Notes: a model not told the origin generated them from the sequence alone. DNA of 64,000 nucleotides from the human T2T-CHM13v2.0 reference genome, Homo sapiens (GCF_009914755.1 NC_060933.1), one strand, 5' to 3'. Counted from the stretch's first letter, positions 14,380-29,900 are shown. A program made the numbers and translations.

Positions 14380-15847
14380 TATTCTCATTTTCTTAAAATA
14401 TTTTCTAATTTCCATTGAGACTAATTTTGTGACTTGTGAATTATTTAGGAATATGTTGCTTGATTTTAAAATATTTGTGGATTAAGTTGTCCTTTTGTAA
14501 ATGATTTCTAACAGTTTAACTGATGTCAGAAAATGTATTATTTCTATTTTCAATTATGAAAATTTGTCACGGCTTGATCTATGACACAATACAGAGCATT
14601 TGAATAAATATTAAATGTGCATTCACATTACATATTCAATTTTAAGTTTATCGAGTTTAATATTATGCTATATATATCAATTAGATCAAATTTGCTAATA
14701 GAGATATCTAATTCTTTATTATTCTTAATTACATTTTTTTCTACTTCTTCCAACCGTGTAAGAAAAGTGGGCAAAAGTCCCCAGTATGATATGGATGCAT
14801 TATATTTCTCCCATTATTACATTAATACAAATTTTAAATTGTCACATCATGGTATACTGCTCATTTTATCATTTTGAAAGGTATTCTTTTGTCTTAGTAC
14901 TGCTTCTTGCCACTAAATTTATTTCATCTGATGTTAGTACATCTATCTCAGCTTTCTTTTGGTTATGTCAGCCTAACAGACCATTTTTATATTTTTTTTC
15001 AGACTTCCTCAGTTCTTATTTTTAATAAAACACATTCAATTACTTTTAAAATTCATTTTAGATATTTTTATTAGCTGAAGTATGAAAATCATTTATATTT
15101 AGCTCAAGATATTTTGATTGTGGTCTACCACTTTGCTATTTTTCCATCTGTTGTATTTTCGACTTGCTCTTTCTTGCCTTTTTTCTCAATTAAGCATTTT
15201 TTTCTCCAATATGCCCTTATAATCTCCTGTAAGTTTAAGTATCTTTTGATTTTGCCCTAGATATTATTTCATGATTCCTTGACTTATTAGTGTCTGAGTA
15301 TAAAGTAAAATTTTCATTACTTTTCTTAGACTATGAAGATCTTATAATACTTTTGATATTTTGTTAGGTAGTTTTGTTGATATTTATTTTAAATTTTATA
15401 TGATGGATTTTATTTATATAGTCACTATTTATTTAGATTTATCCAGATGTTTTGTCCTTCCTTTTCTTGATTTCATTTCTAAATTTCTACATTTACATCT
15501 AAAATAATTTTTCTTCTGCTTGAAAGACATTATTATTTCATTTGGTGTAATGTATAAATGATATAGATAGTTCCCTTATTTTTTGTTTTCCTGAACATGA
15601 ATTTATTTTTTTCTCATATTCCATAATATTTTATTAGGAATAAAATTCTAGTTACCAGTTGGCTTCCATTTGAGAAGTCATCCCTAAGTCATATTGCCAC
15701 TTTTTGAAGGTAATATGCCTTTTCCTAGAACTATTTTTAAGATAGTCTCTTTGTCGTTAATTCTCTAATATGAGCTATGTAGTTGTCTCCATATTTATCA
15801 TGCTTCACTCTGGCACTTCCTGAGACTGTGACTTACAGTTTTTCCAT

Positions 15848-16264
<417 letters not shown>

Positions 16265-17979
16265 TAACTCTAACTCTGTTTTTTGGAGGGTTATCTAAGG
16301 TGTGTTACAGATCATATTCATATAATCAGTGATTAAACTGGTTTGAGACCAAACTGCAATTATTGTGAATTATAATCTATTTATTTCCATTAATATTCCT
16401 AAACCTTTGAAGTGTCAAATGAAGCCTGGGGTGTATAAATCGGCCTTTCTCATTGATAAGTCTTGAGCCATATATTTTATTCTCTTAAAACTATAAGACT
16501 ATGAATATTTCTGCTTAGGTTTTTGGTCTATCAATAGCCACATACATGTGAGAAAATCTTTCATGGGTCAAGGGATAGTCCATATTGTTCTCAATTCTCT
16601 GAAGTGCTGTTTTCTTCAGTATTTTAGCCCTGTAATCTTTAATGCCTTGGAATATTTTTGATACCTCCATGCATATTTTATACAATTTTCATAAGAAGAG
16701 AGTTGAGTAGAGAGTCAGTTTATAGTTTAGAGAAAAGAGAAAAACAAGGAAAAAAATAAAGAGAATGCAAATTTTAAAACAAAAGCAATTCAGAATTGAA
16801 ATTATAGAAATTATCTATATAATGAGAAAGATGAAATTGAAATCTAAGAAACACATGACTATGACAAAGCAAATGTATCTTTAGATACAATATACAGATA
16901 TCAATAGTTTAAGAAAGTAATATTTATTTTCTTATTTAAAATGTTAAGATAATTACCACAGAGACAAATTTAAATACTTGTTAAACTAATATAGTGAGCT
17001 ATTCTATAGACAAACAATAGGAGAAATGGGGAAAGGAAACAAACAAAAAATGTGAGTAAATGTATAATATGATATAAATTGGCCGAACTAAGTTAAATGT
17101 AACAATAATGACAATAAATGCAAATAAGTTAAAAGCAGTAATTAAAGGATCCTGACTTTTATAAATTTTTTAATAAGAGCCAAAACATGTTGTTGACATA
17201 AGTTAAAATTTAAAAGAAAATATATATGTATATAACTACTAACATTAAAATTATTTTATAACACACCAGGCTTAAATACTAAAAAGCTAGAGGGGCAATA
17301 TTTACATGACAACATGACATAATATAATTTAAGGTAAAAATATGTACATTGAAATACATTTATTATTAAAGATTAAAATTATACGAGCTCTATTTTTCAA
17401 TTAAAAATTGGAGAAAGAGCAGTGGAGGAAACCCAATAGAAATAGTTAATGAACAAAAATCTTTAAAGCAACAACAAAGAATGTTAATCTAACCAAAAGT
17501 TAGTTTTTGAGAAAACATTTAGGATACAGAAACCTGTGGAAGGTTAACCAAGACAATAAGAGAGACTGTGTAATATGCACAATTAAAAAATTTTAAGTAT
17601 TAAAATAGCTTCATTGTAATAAATGTGAATGCTAGAGATGGAAAGATGTAAGGACTGTAACAACTAAGACATATTAATAATAGGAACTAAAGATAACGAA
17701 TATAGGATTTTACAGGAAGTATCTAAGAATCATTTCAATATTTATTTCTTAGTCTATTAAAGATCATTCCTTCAAATCCTCAGATAAGTAAATTCTATCA
17801 GAATTTTAAGAATCTGTTATTTATTATGCTACTTCTGAATATAGAAAAACAAATTGCCTAGCTAAGGCTAGCATATGTTTTATTCCAAAATCAAGTAGGT
17901 AGCAGTAATTACTCTTAAAATAATATTTATGCCAGCAAAAGAGCACATCATTTTGTCCGACAATTTGTATGAGACAGCA

Positions 17980-19216
17980 AACTGTTTTAGTCAGGGGTTT
18001 GAGCTAGATATAGATTTTATCGTGATTATCATTACCTTCAGTCCACACAGGCTTCAAATTCCTATAGGAATGGCTGATGTTGGCTGGGTTTAAGGTGGGT
18101 CCTGGGGTGCTGGAGGATTTTGTTTAGTACCTCTGTTCCCCTCTCAGCTTTCAGCATCCTTACCTTCCTGCACCGCCGAGGTGTTCTCTGTCTTTCCTCT
18201 TTCCCTTACTCAATACGTAGACAGCTGATGCTTATTATTTGGTATCAGGCTTGGCATAGGGGTAAAAAGTGGGGTGTTTTATGTTGCCCTGTCTCAGCCT
18301 CATTCAATCTTAGGTATGTCCTGTGTGAAAAAAGTCCAAGTTTTCATTCCTTTTTGTCTTTTTGTTATGTTGGTTTTAGACTACTGTCATTGAATTAAGC
18401 TGAATTTTTTTTTTCTCAAAATGGGGCATTCTTAGTGTTCTTGCATTGTGTCCAACTCATCTATGACAATGAAACTCTGTCTTGGATCTGTGGTTGGTTT
18501 TGGGTGGAAATATTTACCACTCTATAGTAGTTAAAGGCTTCTTCTTGTTATTGGTATAGAATCTTAGCCACAACTGTTTCCTAGCACTCTTCCAAAGATA
18601 TAGGATGCATTCTTCCACTTGTTCCCAAGCCTCAGTGCATCTTTGCCTGTGATTAGTGGAAATGACAGTTGTGCTGTCTCTTCTATAGTGGCTTAAAGCT
18701 TTTGCTTCCTAAGAAAGAATGTTCTGGGGTAGTGGGCAAGGCTTTTTGCCAGTCCCCCAGCAGCAACTGATTATTACCCGAAGCCTGCACTATGCAGCAG
18801 GGTCTCTCTCATCTTCGGCCCAGTTCCCAGTCTTTCCCTTCAACAGACAAAGTTCCATGTAAAAGAGTTTAAGAAATGACCATTTCTTGTGCCTGAGGCC
18901 TCCTGCTATTCTAAACTTACAATTTACCCACATTTAGCCTTTAAGAATTTATTAAAGTTTAGCTGATTTCTTATATGATTATATGGTGACTTCCTCTTCA
19001 TTTTTTGATTGGTCAAAGATGAAACTTTTTTGTGTCCTTTCCATCCTTGAGGGCTTGTCCCTCTCTGGAATCAGTTTACTTGGTTGCCATGCAACTTCAT
19101 CTCTGGTGGGCTGAAAACAACTTATGACTTTGTAGATAATTCAAATATTTCTCACCTTAAGGGTGGGAGCATCATTCTTTTCACCTTTCTACATCCTAAT
19201 CAGAAGCTGAAAATCA
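17980..19216 (-). mobile_element. Probable 5' region of an ancient L1M
   Basis: Reverse complement near 19215 reads gattttcagcttctgattaggatgtagaaag, resembling old L1M 5' ends; left boundary uncertain. Confidence 0.4.
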
Positions 19217-19764
19217 CACTGAGGTTTTAGAAATTACTCTTCCAAGCTGCAAAATATTAAGAATTTCCATTTTAAATCTTAGCAGAAAAAAATTACTCTA
19301 GTTGGAGTTTCACCAAATAATCTTGTAAAATTTGAAGTTTTCTTGAGAGACACCTGCCTTCATCTGGTGTGAATTATGAAAACCTTAGTTACACTTGGAA
19401 GAGTAAATCCTTACAAATCAATATATTTAACATTGGTAAACAGACAAGCAATAAAAATAAATTATAAAGAAACAACAAAAATAAATCATTTAGATATCTA
19501 ACATGATATATATGAGGATTTATCAAATTTTACCTCATGGTTTAATAATTTCTTCAAATTAAAGAGAATACCTTAACACTAATCTGCCTTTAACAAATAA
19601 AATTTATTGCTTATAGTTCATACATGTTGTCTTATTAATGCATTAGAAAAAACCTTTTAGTATAATTTTAAAAATTATTTAAAAAATATTTAAGTATGTT
19701 TCAACAGAATTGGTACCTTTTATAATACTGTGCTTTACTTTATGCATTTTCAAAATTGTGTTGA

Positions 19765-20232
19765 ATTAGAAATCAATAAAATTAAAACCAAAAAATAAAT
19801 AGAAGAAAAACTGATGAAAGAAAAAAGCTAGTTATTTGAAAACATCAATAATATTGATAAACTTCTATCAAGATTAACTAAAACAAATAGAGATGACATA
19901 AATTATTAATACCAGAAATGAAAGAGAGGACATCATTAGTGATCCCATGTACATTAAAGGATAGTAAAGGAATATTATGAACAACTTTATGCACAAAAAT
20001 TTAATGACGAGGGTGAAATGTACCAATTCCTTGAAGGACACAATCAACCAAAACTCACATGAGGAGAAACAGATAATCTGAACAGGCCTTTATCTATTAA
20101 AGAAACTGAATTAATAATTAATACCCTGCTAAATAGAAAGCACCAGGGCTAGATAAGTTCACTGCTAAATCTTACCAAACATTTAATCAGGAAATTATAT
20201 CGATTCTGCACAATCACTTCCAATAATAAAAG
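19765..20232 (+). mobile_element. Old L1M ORF2 fragment
   Basis: aaagctagttatttgaaaacatcaata..gaatattatgaacaactttatgc..gcaccagggc..cactgctaaatcttaccaaacatttaa. Confidence 0.85.
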
Positions 20233-21954
20233 TAAAAACAAGTTATTCTGGAAAGAGGGACCATGGCACAAGAAATGTTTGGCACAGCACAACCAGTCCC
20301 CAGAGACCAAAGCTAGGCCATATCTTCAAAGCCCAGAGTGTGCATAGCCTGAGTCAAGCTGAAGGAAGGAATAAAAAAAAATGGGGAGAAAGTCAGGGAA
20401 TATATGATGAAGCAAAATCTTCATGTCTGATGTTCTCAGAATGAATAAAATTATAAAATGCAAAGTGCATATATCACAGTTTCAGAAGCAATATTGGTCC
20501 AACTGCTGATTTTCTAAAATGGAGAACAGATCAACCTCTACACAAACTGATAGTGAGGCAGAATATCCTGGTCTTCTTATTGTAAGAGAAGAAAACGTCT
20601 TTCATGGAAGTAACAGTGAAAGAATCCGTTATCAGAACATAGGACAGAACCTTTAGGGGTATTTTCCCTGCAGGCACTAATTAGATATATATCATAAGAG
20701 CTATGAGCACACAGGTTTACTATCAGTGAGGCTGAAGCAGTGTAATTTCTGGGAATTATAGGCATGACACACATTTGTGACAAATAAAAGACAATACAGA
20801 TTAAACTGCTAGATCTAATGTCAACCTGTTTTTTGTAGAAAGCCTAGGGATAACTGCCCAAGGTAAATTTTTACAATATGAGCACCTAGTATTTCCAGGG
20901 ACTTCTTTACTCCTTTCCACATTGCTTTTTTGATGTATGACACTTTGATTTTGTCTCCGATACAATGACCACAGCATAAAGAATTAGTGCCAGTAAAGTT
21001 AGATTATAAAATCAAAAATTTGACTAAGACCATAGGAAATAAATCAATAGAATTACAAGATGTAGATTTTAAAATTACTTGGTAAGAACTTGCTTAACTC
21101 AAAATACAAGTACAAAATGATATATCAGACAGGAGTCAGACAGGGGAGCAAAGTTAGTAATGTGTTTTATGGGATAAAGGACTTATTAAAGGAATTAGAT
21201 GTGTAGAGCTGTACAAGTAGCTGGGAAACTCAAGGTCTGAAAGGGAAGTTCAAGAATCAGAGGACCTCTCACTAACAAGTCAATATGAAATACCAAACAT
21301 ATCTCTTTATGTAAGGGTTGCTCCTGGGATGCCCTTTGAGAGGCTGTGATTTTGTGTAGCTACAACCTCTGTTGATTCACATCTAAGAATCTTTTGGTGA
21401 GTCTTGGGCTGCTGTTGATGGACAGAGGCAACAGTAGGCAAAGGTGTTGAACGTGGAATAGAGCAGATTTAGGACAGGTTGCAAGCCGGCTGGAACCTCT
21501 GCATTGATCCGATACTGCATTTGATTATGATGACCTTCAGAGAATAAGGGCCACCACCTTACTTCCTTTTTCCTAGTTACGTACAAGTTCCTCTTTTGGA
21601 TAATACAGAGAAGGACATCTTGAAAAAAAACGTACTTTTTTGCCTACTCAAGATGACACAATGCAAAACACCACAAATAATTACCAGAATTGAGGAAAAT
21701 AAGAATTTTCTTTCTCATGAAAACTTTAGTTGGGAAAGGTGTTCTAGAATAGCCACATTGGATGGGAGGGTAGCAATGTTTCTCCACTCAGGTGAGGGGA
21801 GAGTATTTATAAAGCTCGATGAATATCTCCAAAATTTAGGAGTGGCACAGGAGTCTGATGTTTAATTAATTATTTTCCAGAATTAGAGTAAAAGACAAAG
21901 GCTGATAAGCTGTTTTGCTGGTAAATTAAAGAACAGCTGCTAATACATTTAGAT

Positions 21955-22416
21955 TGTCAATGTCATGGGTTTGTGACCACTGTAGTTGTATAAGAACCCA
22001 CATTCAGTGGATCCTTCAAAACTTTACTGTTACTGTCTTGAAATCCTTAATAATTTTATCTTTGAATTTGTGTTTTGTAAGTGAACTCTGATGGGACAAT
22101 GGAGCATGAGCCAGGAGCATGGGGCCTCAGCTCACATGTGATCTCACCTTTTGCCATCTTGCTCCCCCACTGATACCTAGAGACCACTACACCACCTCTT
22201 ACCCAGCAGGGGTCTGAGGCCAAATACAAGGAGACTCAGGGTCATATCCTGAGTAATTTTGAGCGCTCTGTGAGCATCCCTGTTTCCAAGGCAGAGTGAA
22301 ATTAAGAGCAAAGAAAAAACATCATGACAGGTCAAGAAAGAAACCATAGGAAAAAAAATTCTATTATAATTTCTTTTGTTTGTAAAAGGGATCCTGCAAA
22401 TTAAGTAGCTGACCTG
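21955..22416 (+). mobile_element. MER45-family (hAT-Tip100) DNA transposon remnant
   Basis: gtcttgaaatccttaataattttatctttgaatttgtgttttgtaagtgaactctgatgggacaatggagcatg; end ctgcaaattaagtagctgacc. Confidence 0.7.
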
Positions 22417-22576
22417 GGGTTTCACTTTCTGGATTTCAGGGCCCACGAATGCATTACCTTTTAACCCAGATCGGAAATGATCCACATGAGCAATGAAAGA
22501 TGGCAGATGGCTTGAAGCCAAGTGTGCTTTAAGAACACTTGGGTGGGATTCCATTGCATGGAATGAACTTCTAGAA

Positions 22577-22806
22577 CAGGGGTGTTCAATCGTTTAGCTT
22601 CTCTGGGCCACACTGCAAGAAGACGAATTGTCTTGGGCCACATATAAAATGCACTAACACTAACGATAGCTGACAAGCTAAAGAAAAAAAAAATCACCAA
22701 AAAAAATCCCATAATGTTTTTTAAAAGTTTACCAATTTCTATTGGGCCTCATTCAAAGCTGTCCTGGACTGTGTGTGGCCTTTGGGCTGTGGGTTGGACA
22801 AGCTTA
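22577..22806 (+). mobile_element. MER30 (hAT-Charlie MITE)
   Basis: caggggtgttcaatc...gggttggacaagctta with the canonical 8-bp TSD ttctagaa (22569-22576, 22807-22814). Confidence 0.92.
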
Positions 22807-25599
22807 TTCTAGAAAGTGAAAAGTTTCATGGGAATTGACAGTTGTAGATTAAATGATCACTTACTATCAGTTAAGAAAGAAATTTCTCTCTTCATTACCA
22901 CTCCTATTTCCAGACTTCAGTCCTAGAGTGGTCAGTAGAAGCAGTTATCCAATAGGAGAGGGGGTAAGTAAGGTGAAGACTGCTGAAAAGGAAAAGAAAC
23001 CAAGAATGACCCCTTCCCACAGCCTACAGATGAAAGAGGTAGGGGAGAAAACATATCTGAATTATATTTTAATTAAAATATAGAAATTCATATTATAATT
23101 TCTGAAATAAAATTGTGGTTTACAACATAATATAACTATCTGTTAAATACCAATAACCAAAAGAAGTCATGAAAGCTGCTAGATTTTTTTACAGATCTGG
23201 AAACTTTTCCTGAATACATATTTAAAGAACTACAGAAGACAAAAATGAAATTGCATTGAATGACAATTAGAGACAAGTTTGTTCTTTCGAAAAAATTGGA
23301 TATTTGCTTTGTAATTTTCACCAATTTTATTTTCCTGAATTATTTCTATTTTTAATGTAGAAACAAAAGTATCTGAGATGGGTCTAAGATATCAGAGAAT
23401 TATCTGTATTTGTATTGAGATATATCAAAATATAATGTTAATATGATTTGTCACTGAACTATATGATAACTCAGTCGTACTTCTGTCTTTTAAAATTGGC
23501 TACAGTTAAACTTCAATCTGTCAATAAAGTAAAAGCTACCAAAGTGGGAATTCAAAATTATAACATGTGATAAAATCTCAGGGAGAAGTTTTGGATTCTG
23601 TTGTTTTTATTTTCTGCCATTTGTGCCGATTTGAGCGGTAACTGACCTCATGAAACATGGAAGTATTATTTATGCACAAGGAACTGACCCCTGAGGAATT
23701 GAAGGTAAGCACTAAAATAAAAATGTAGGGGGAAATGCAACTAATAAAATGTAGGAAAAAAAATGTGAACAGAAAATATAATAAACCTACATGGTGGTGC
23801 TTACGTAGATAAAACTGAAAGAGGATTGTAAATAGAACTGTAAGAATGGATTTGTCTACCATTTATTATATTTTGTTAAAAATAAAGAAATTCAATTTAC
23901 AATATTGAATTTTACTAGACTTTCTGGTTTGAAAAGCTAGAGTTTCTTTTTCCTTTCAGAAGGCTTGTATTCAGGTAATACTGATGAAGAGAATCCTCAA
24001 GACCTTTACACTCTGGGTCAGTTCCAAGATGGCTGAGAGCTGTTTAAAACAACCAAAAAACAACTTGATAGGATTGACAATTTCATGTTTTTTAATAAGT
24101 GTTGAATGAGACTGCTAACTACAATAAGCAGATATACATACGTGGTGTCATAGATGTTAGGTTTTCAAAAATAAAGAATGTGTTAGAAAAATGCCTGCAA
24201 ATCATTCGAATGTTACAACCTTTTAAAAAAAATCTGGCTGTTGAGTGCAGACTGTGCTGTTTCACCTTTTATTACAAAGACTCAGTGAATGAAACATATT
24301 TGATAGCTTGGCAATACAAGAAAAATTTGTATTTAAATGAGGACAGAAGACACTGGGCTGGAATTGATATGATTATGCCACAATTGATGAGTCATAACTA
24401 ATGACAAAGTCTAGAGCTCAGGAAGCAAATCTGACAACGGGAGTGAGAGGAATGCAATCAGCACACTGGGAGGAAGGCAGGTGCGTGCCCACAGGTCGTG
24501 CCACAGAGGGGTACTTAGCACAACACTTGCTCCTCATTGTGTATCTCTTGGTTTCTAAGCAAAGGTCTTTGGGGAGAAAAGATGTTATTAAATACTATAA
24601 AACTGAAACAAAAATAAAATTGAGCCTAGCTAGGCACTTGAAAATATACTAGTCTGTGACACAGTAAAAGAAAAATCATGTGGATAGGCAACAGATAGTT
24701 TTGGAAATTTAAAACTCAGGTTTTGTTTTATGACTTCATATATGATGCTGAGGTAACAGATATAAAATTAGGAATTTGTCAGCAATAGCTCCTCCTGCCT
24801 TTATCGTATGTTTTAAATGATTTAACAGTGACATTTTATTGTATTTTCTTTTTTATTGAGATTCATTTCCTATCTTGTCTAATATTCTCCTATTCTCCTG
24901 ATAGTTTACACACAATTATCACAAAACACTAGCAGTTCCATTAATTTTGTCTTCACTATCCTCAGAGACTTTCTGAGGAAATAATAATATTGTTTCTTTT
25001 ATCTTTATCTCTGGAGCTTAGTAGGGTACCTTGCCCATTGTAGTTGAGAAATGATAAATAGGAATGACTGAAAAAAAATACATTTGAAAACAGCTTGAAC
25101 ATAAGAAGAAGCTTGAGATATTTATAATATGGACACTTGTTTTTTTCCTAAAGCAAAGCTATTACTATTAGTTAGAGATTATGTAGATTTTAATTTCTTT
25201 ATAGAAGACAAAATAAAACTAGTAGATTAAAAAAGTTAGTTCCTGCCACTATTCTTCCCCCAACAAGATATCTGGAGACTGAGTGCCAAAATGAGCAAAG
25301 AAAGATTCAAGGACCAAGACTGGTGGAATCCTCTCACTCCAGTATTCTTAGAGTCTTGCTTAGGCTTGAAGCATAACACTGTTGTCACATCACTTGACAA
25401 TGCATTTATGGAATAAGATTCAGTGAGAAAGAACAAACAAGAAGTGATTATATCCTTTAAAGAGCTTTCTCAGAGACATCGGCTAGTATCTTGTTTGCTT
25501 CTCATTTGCCAGAGTTGCATCAAGTAGCTTCTCCCAACTGCTCAGGAAATTGGGAAGTATAGTTTTCTCAACATTTTCATACCACCACAAACACTCCCA

Positions 25600-25700
25600 A
25601 GAATGTTCAAAAGCAGTCTGTAATACACAGGACACGTCCCAATGACCAAGAATTATCTGGTCTGAAATATCAATAGTGGTGAGGTTGAGAAAACTTCCTC
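25600..25700 (+). mobile_element. MER20 3' fragment
   Basis: cacaggacacgtcccaatgaccaagaattatctggtctgaaatatcaatagtggtgaggttgagaaa. Confidence 0.75.
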
Positions 25701-28700
25701 TGAAGCACCCGGCATTGGGATAAGGTCTCAAAGGAAACGTTAAAAGACAATGCAAAATGAAGAAGAATATGGGGTACCAAAATTATAGTTATCAATCAAC
25801 CACAGAACTTAGTTTTCCCCAAATATCTGAAAGGTTGTTTGACTTGTCAAAATGGAAACAATGTATTCAGTACTGCTTCAGAAGGCAAACCTAAACCAAA
25901 GTTTGAAATCTGTGATGATGAACATATTAAAATTATAGAATCATTTGAAGGTTATTATTATCCAGCAGTAACACAGTAGATGCCTTTACAGAACTGAATG
26001 TAATGAGAGACTAGTATTGTGTCCCTTTGTGAAGTCTTTAAATTATAACAGTTTCAAAATATATGAAGATTTTGACCAAATCAGAACAAAGGCCATTCAT
26101 GATATAAACCACTTTGAGACAGTAAGAGCTATTGGTTGGGTCTATAGGGCCACTAGTCTAGGCCTCCGATAATTTATGCACCAGGAGAAATGTCTTTGAG
26201 GAACAGATAATTGCCTGCATGCCTCTCCTAGACATGTTGGTGGAAGCTGCAACAGGAGTGGTTATTATTAATCCCTTTTAGAGGACAATACTAGTCTCAC
26301 CTCTGAACCACCCATCAATATTGTGCTCAATTAGCACTTTGTTTCAATTGACAATGAAATTATATACTGAAAACAGCATGAATCCATGACCTGACCAGAA
26401 GCATTCTCTAGCCAGTGAACGATTTTTCTATCCTTGCCTCCTTTTCAATTTAACAAAAGAGGATAACACTGAATTCAGACTACAGGTGTGCAGATCCTCA
26501 TTGTTTTAAGTCATCAGAAAGAACAGAATTAAAAATTAATTTAAAAACTAGGAATATTTATATCGTCTTTCCTCATAGTTTTCCTCTTCTGGTCTTTTGC
26601 CTTAATAGTTATTTACTATTTCTCATTCATATTTGGTAGAAAGTGTCATTATACAATGTATAACAAAGGTCTTGAGAATACAAATGTATAACTCTTTCAT
26701 ATAATTATAATCCAAAGAAATCTTTAATATATTCATGTTAAACATCGGTTTATATGATATTTGCAATCCATGTGAAAAAACCATTTTACAAAAACATTAA
26801 AATAAAGCCCAAGTTTTTGTATTTGAGTGACTCAGCTTAAGAAGACTTATATAATTTACGAAATAAATACATATCATTTGAGCATAATGCAACACACCTT
26901 TAAAAACCACTTGTTTGAAAAGAAGCAAGGCATATCCACTGATTATATACAACTACTGCTTTCAAAATTTTCACTTTTAACCAGTAGACTTTTCATCAGT
27001 GTTTTATATTGTCAGGGTGTTTTTTGTTTTTGTTTTTATGATTTAATGTTTTTAACTTGTTTCTCTATTAGAACAGAAAAAACACATACTTCTTTATTTC
27101 TTCTGCATTCCTTTCCATTTGTTGGCCATGACAGCAGTTAGATTATACCCCTTTCTACTGAAGCGTTGTGCTAAGTTTTGGGAGGGCAGGAGAAAATATC
27201 TTCAGCTTGAAAAAAAAAATACTTGAATAAACAGGTAATTTTTTTATTAAGATATACAATGGTCACTTTCTTTAGTGAGTTATGACAATCTACCTCTGAA
27301 GTACAACATGTTAGAGTCATTTGCTCTGGACAAAGTCACTTTCAGGAATGGTTTTATTACAATGAAAAGGAATAGGTATACTGGCTCTTAAGTGTCACTA
27401 TTGCCCTTTATGAGAATGAGAACTAGATTAGCTGGCATGCTTATATCCCACACTCTTTATGAGCCTTATATGTTTTGGGGTATTTTCATCATTTTAATCT
27501 GGATGATGTTATTTTCAGAAACATCCTAAAACAATTTTCAAAGAAGCAAGGAAAAGGTTAACACTGAACTTGCATAATATTCAGTCATGAAAATGCATTT
27601 GAATACATTTATTTAGCAATGCTAACATAGCAATCTTCAGAAGTTGCCCAGAGATATCTTTTGAGGTTTCATATTATGTTAAACATGCAAAAGCATAAAA
27701 ACAGGGAAAAAGGAAATGGTATAACAATAAAAAGGTTTAAAATGATGAGGAATATTCATTTGCTTCCCTGATTAAAATTAAGTTATATAATTATATAGAT
27801 ACCAATATATTAGAATTGTTATATACAATCTAATTTAAGGCATAAGAGATAAGTGTGTTCAAGGGGAGTAGTGAAAAAAGTGCTCTTAATTTTTCTTTTT
27901 GATTTTTTGCTGTGGTTAGTGTTAATACATGTATATTGAATGGATATCTTATTTTTAAACAACAAAACCTTATTTCAACAACACCAATCTACATATACCT
28001 GATATTTTATATAATGCACTAATGAAAGCATTGTGATGTTAAAATTAGCATTGTAGAAAGGAAATTGATAAATGTAACTAGCAAACATTAATTTTGGGGG
28101 ATGAATATTTTCTAATCTATTTCTGAAAAACTATTACTTGGTTATACTAATTTATTTGAGGGTACCTTCCCCTGTATCATTTTTACCTCCACTTTTGAAA
28201 GAAGCAAACAATACTCCTTCTGAAAAATAAATTTTAATTCTACAGCTTTCTATGACAACTTTTTTGTTATTCATACCAAAGATGAAGCTATGCCCATACC
28301 TTATTGATTATATATGCAAAGAGTTCTCTATCAGGAAAGTTTCAACATGAAAGATTTCTTCCCACTGAGGAGTCTCTCCATTACAGAAGGTCAACTGGTA
28401 AATGTTATTCTGTTTCCACTAATAACCATTTGATCCTCTTTTAGATTTTCATTCACTCTAGTGTTAAATGAATCTTTGCTGAAAATTATTAAATCAAAAC
28501 TATAATACCTTAATAGAGAAAAATGAATGTTATGAGGCAGTATCTCACCATCAAAGTTGCAGGGACATGTCTTTTCAAAGTGAAATATATAGCTTATCTA
28601 GTTAACAAAAGGGCAGCAAATTCCTTTGCAGGTCTAAAATTGAGCCAGCAAAGTGGTGGTTTACAAACAGATGCCAGTTTCAATTTTCATGTTAGATGAT

Positions 28701-29262
28701 CAAATATATATTGAGTCTGCATAGGAAATGCTGTTATCACAGGATTCAACACACAATGTCGAATTCCTGCATAGAGAAATTTCATTTTTTCATTACATTC
28801 TGTACATGCAAACTTCCTAGCTAGTGTGGAGAAAACCTAGGAAAAAAAAAAGTTTAAGGTGAACCTTGAAGGATGAGAATGAATGAAGTACAGACGATTA
28901 TGTAAGGTTTGAAGCATGACACTGTATACAATTACTGAGTAAGGATGGAACACATCCACACTAGTGATGAGAACAAATTTATATTTTGAGTGCAGTACAT
29001 CCATTCATTCTTGATTCCTTCTTAGACATTATTTCCTAAAATTGAGCCACAGGATGGTCAGAATGGTCAGATCTGCTACCACAGGGAACTGGGACTTTTA
29101 TTTAATAATACATACTCCACAAACATGCACAACCTCTTCTCCTCTTTTCCCCCAGAGTAGCTGATTCTACTACAGTGATTCATATGACCTGGATGGGTAA
29201 AGGGGTATATGCAATCAACTGAGTTCATTAGAATAAGTTTTAAAGTGTTAAAGAAATGATGA

Positions 29263-29559
29263 GGCTGGGCGTGGTGGCTCACGCCTGTAATACCAGCAGA
29301 TCGGGAGGCCGAGGCGGGCGGATCAGGAGGTCAGGAGATCGAGACCATCCTGGCCAACATGGTGAAACCCTGTCTCTACTAAAAATACAAAAAAAATTAG
29401 CCAGGCGTGGTGGCAGGTGCCTGTAATCCCAGCTACTCCGGAGGCTGAGGCAGGAGAATCGCTTGAATCTGGGAGTGTCGGAGGTTGCAGTGAGTCAAGA
29501 TCGCCACGGCACTGCAGCCTGGCAACAGAACGAGACCCCGTCTCAAAAAAAAAGAAAAA
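29263..29559 (+). mobile_element. Alu (AluSc-like)
   Basis: Full dimer; TSD aaagaaatgatga at 29250-29262 and 29560-29572. Confidence 0.96.
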
Positions 29560-29713
29560 AAAGAAATGATGACTCCCTGTAACAATTGCCTGGTGACTAT
29601 ATTCAACTTAGATCAAAACAATGCAAAAAATCTACTGTAAACTGTGCCATTTCTGTATCAGCATTTTACCAAGTTAGCACAGGAGTAATTTATATTTTGA
29701 GTTTAAACTTTAG

Positions 29714-29900
29714 AGCAGAGGTTTTAAATGGAAAATTCTGTGACAATAAAAATTTCTATAATATACTGAAACCTTGGAACAAGAATTAAAGGCATACAAT
29801 GGTATATTTATGGAACTTTTATTTTATTTTGATTAATTTAAATACAAATGTAAATAACCTCATGCGTCTATTGGCTACCATATTGGATAGCACAACTGTA
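29714..29900. mobile_element. MER3-like hAT MITE
   Basis: aattctgtgacaataaaaatttctata...gtctattggctaccatattggatagcaca. Confidence 0.65.

Larger units (their letters stand above)
12120..15830 (-). mobile_element. Highly decayed old L1M (ORF2/ORF1 region), fragmented by younger insertions
   Basis: T-rich stretch with antisense L1 motifs (aaatgcaattgattt, gaaaatgttcaacactttgccatta, agaattctctagtgaaacatctggacctag); boundaries approximate. Confidence 0.6.

Noticed and set aside
14032-14418. 128-aa ORF and similar ORFs at 36611-37055, 38021-38377 and 57797-58122
   Set aside because: Alu-derived translations
16720-17940. Very A-rich block, possibly ancient L1ME ORF1/ORF2 on +
   Set aside because: Too diverged to bound or name without a profile search
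21120-21690. Possible old ERVL/MLT2-like LTR
   Set aside because: Only vague similarity; termini and TSD not identified
22830-23700. Possible decayed DNA-transposon internal sequence next to MER45/MER30
   Set aside because: I could not match termini or a transposase frame by eye
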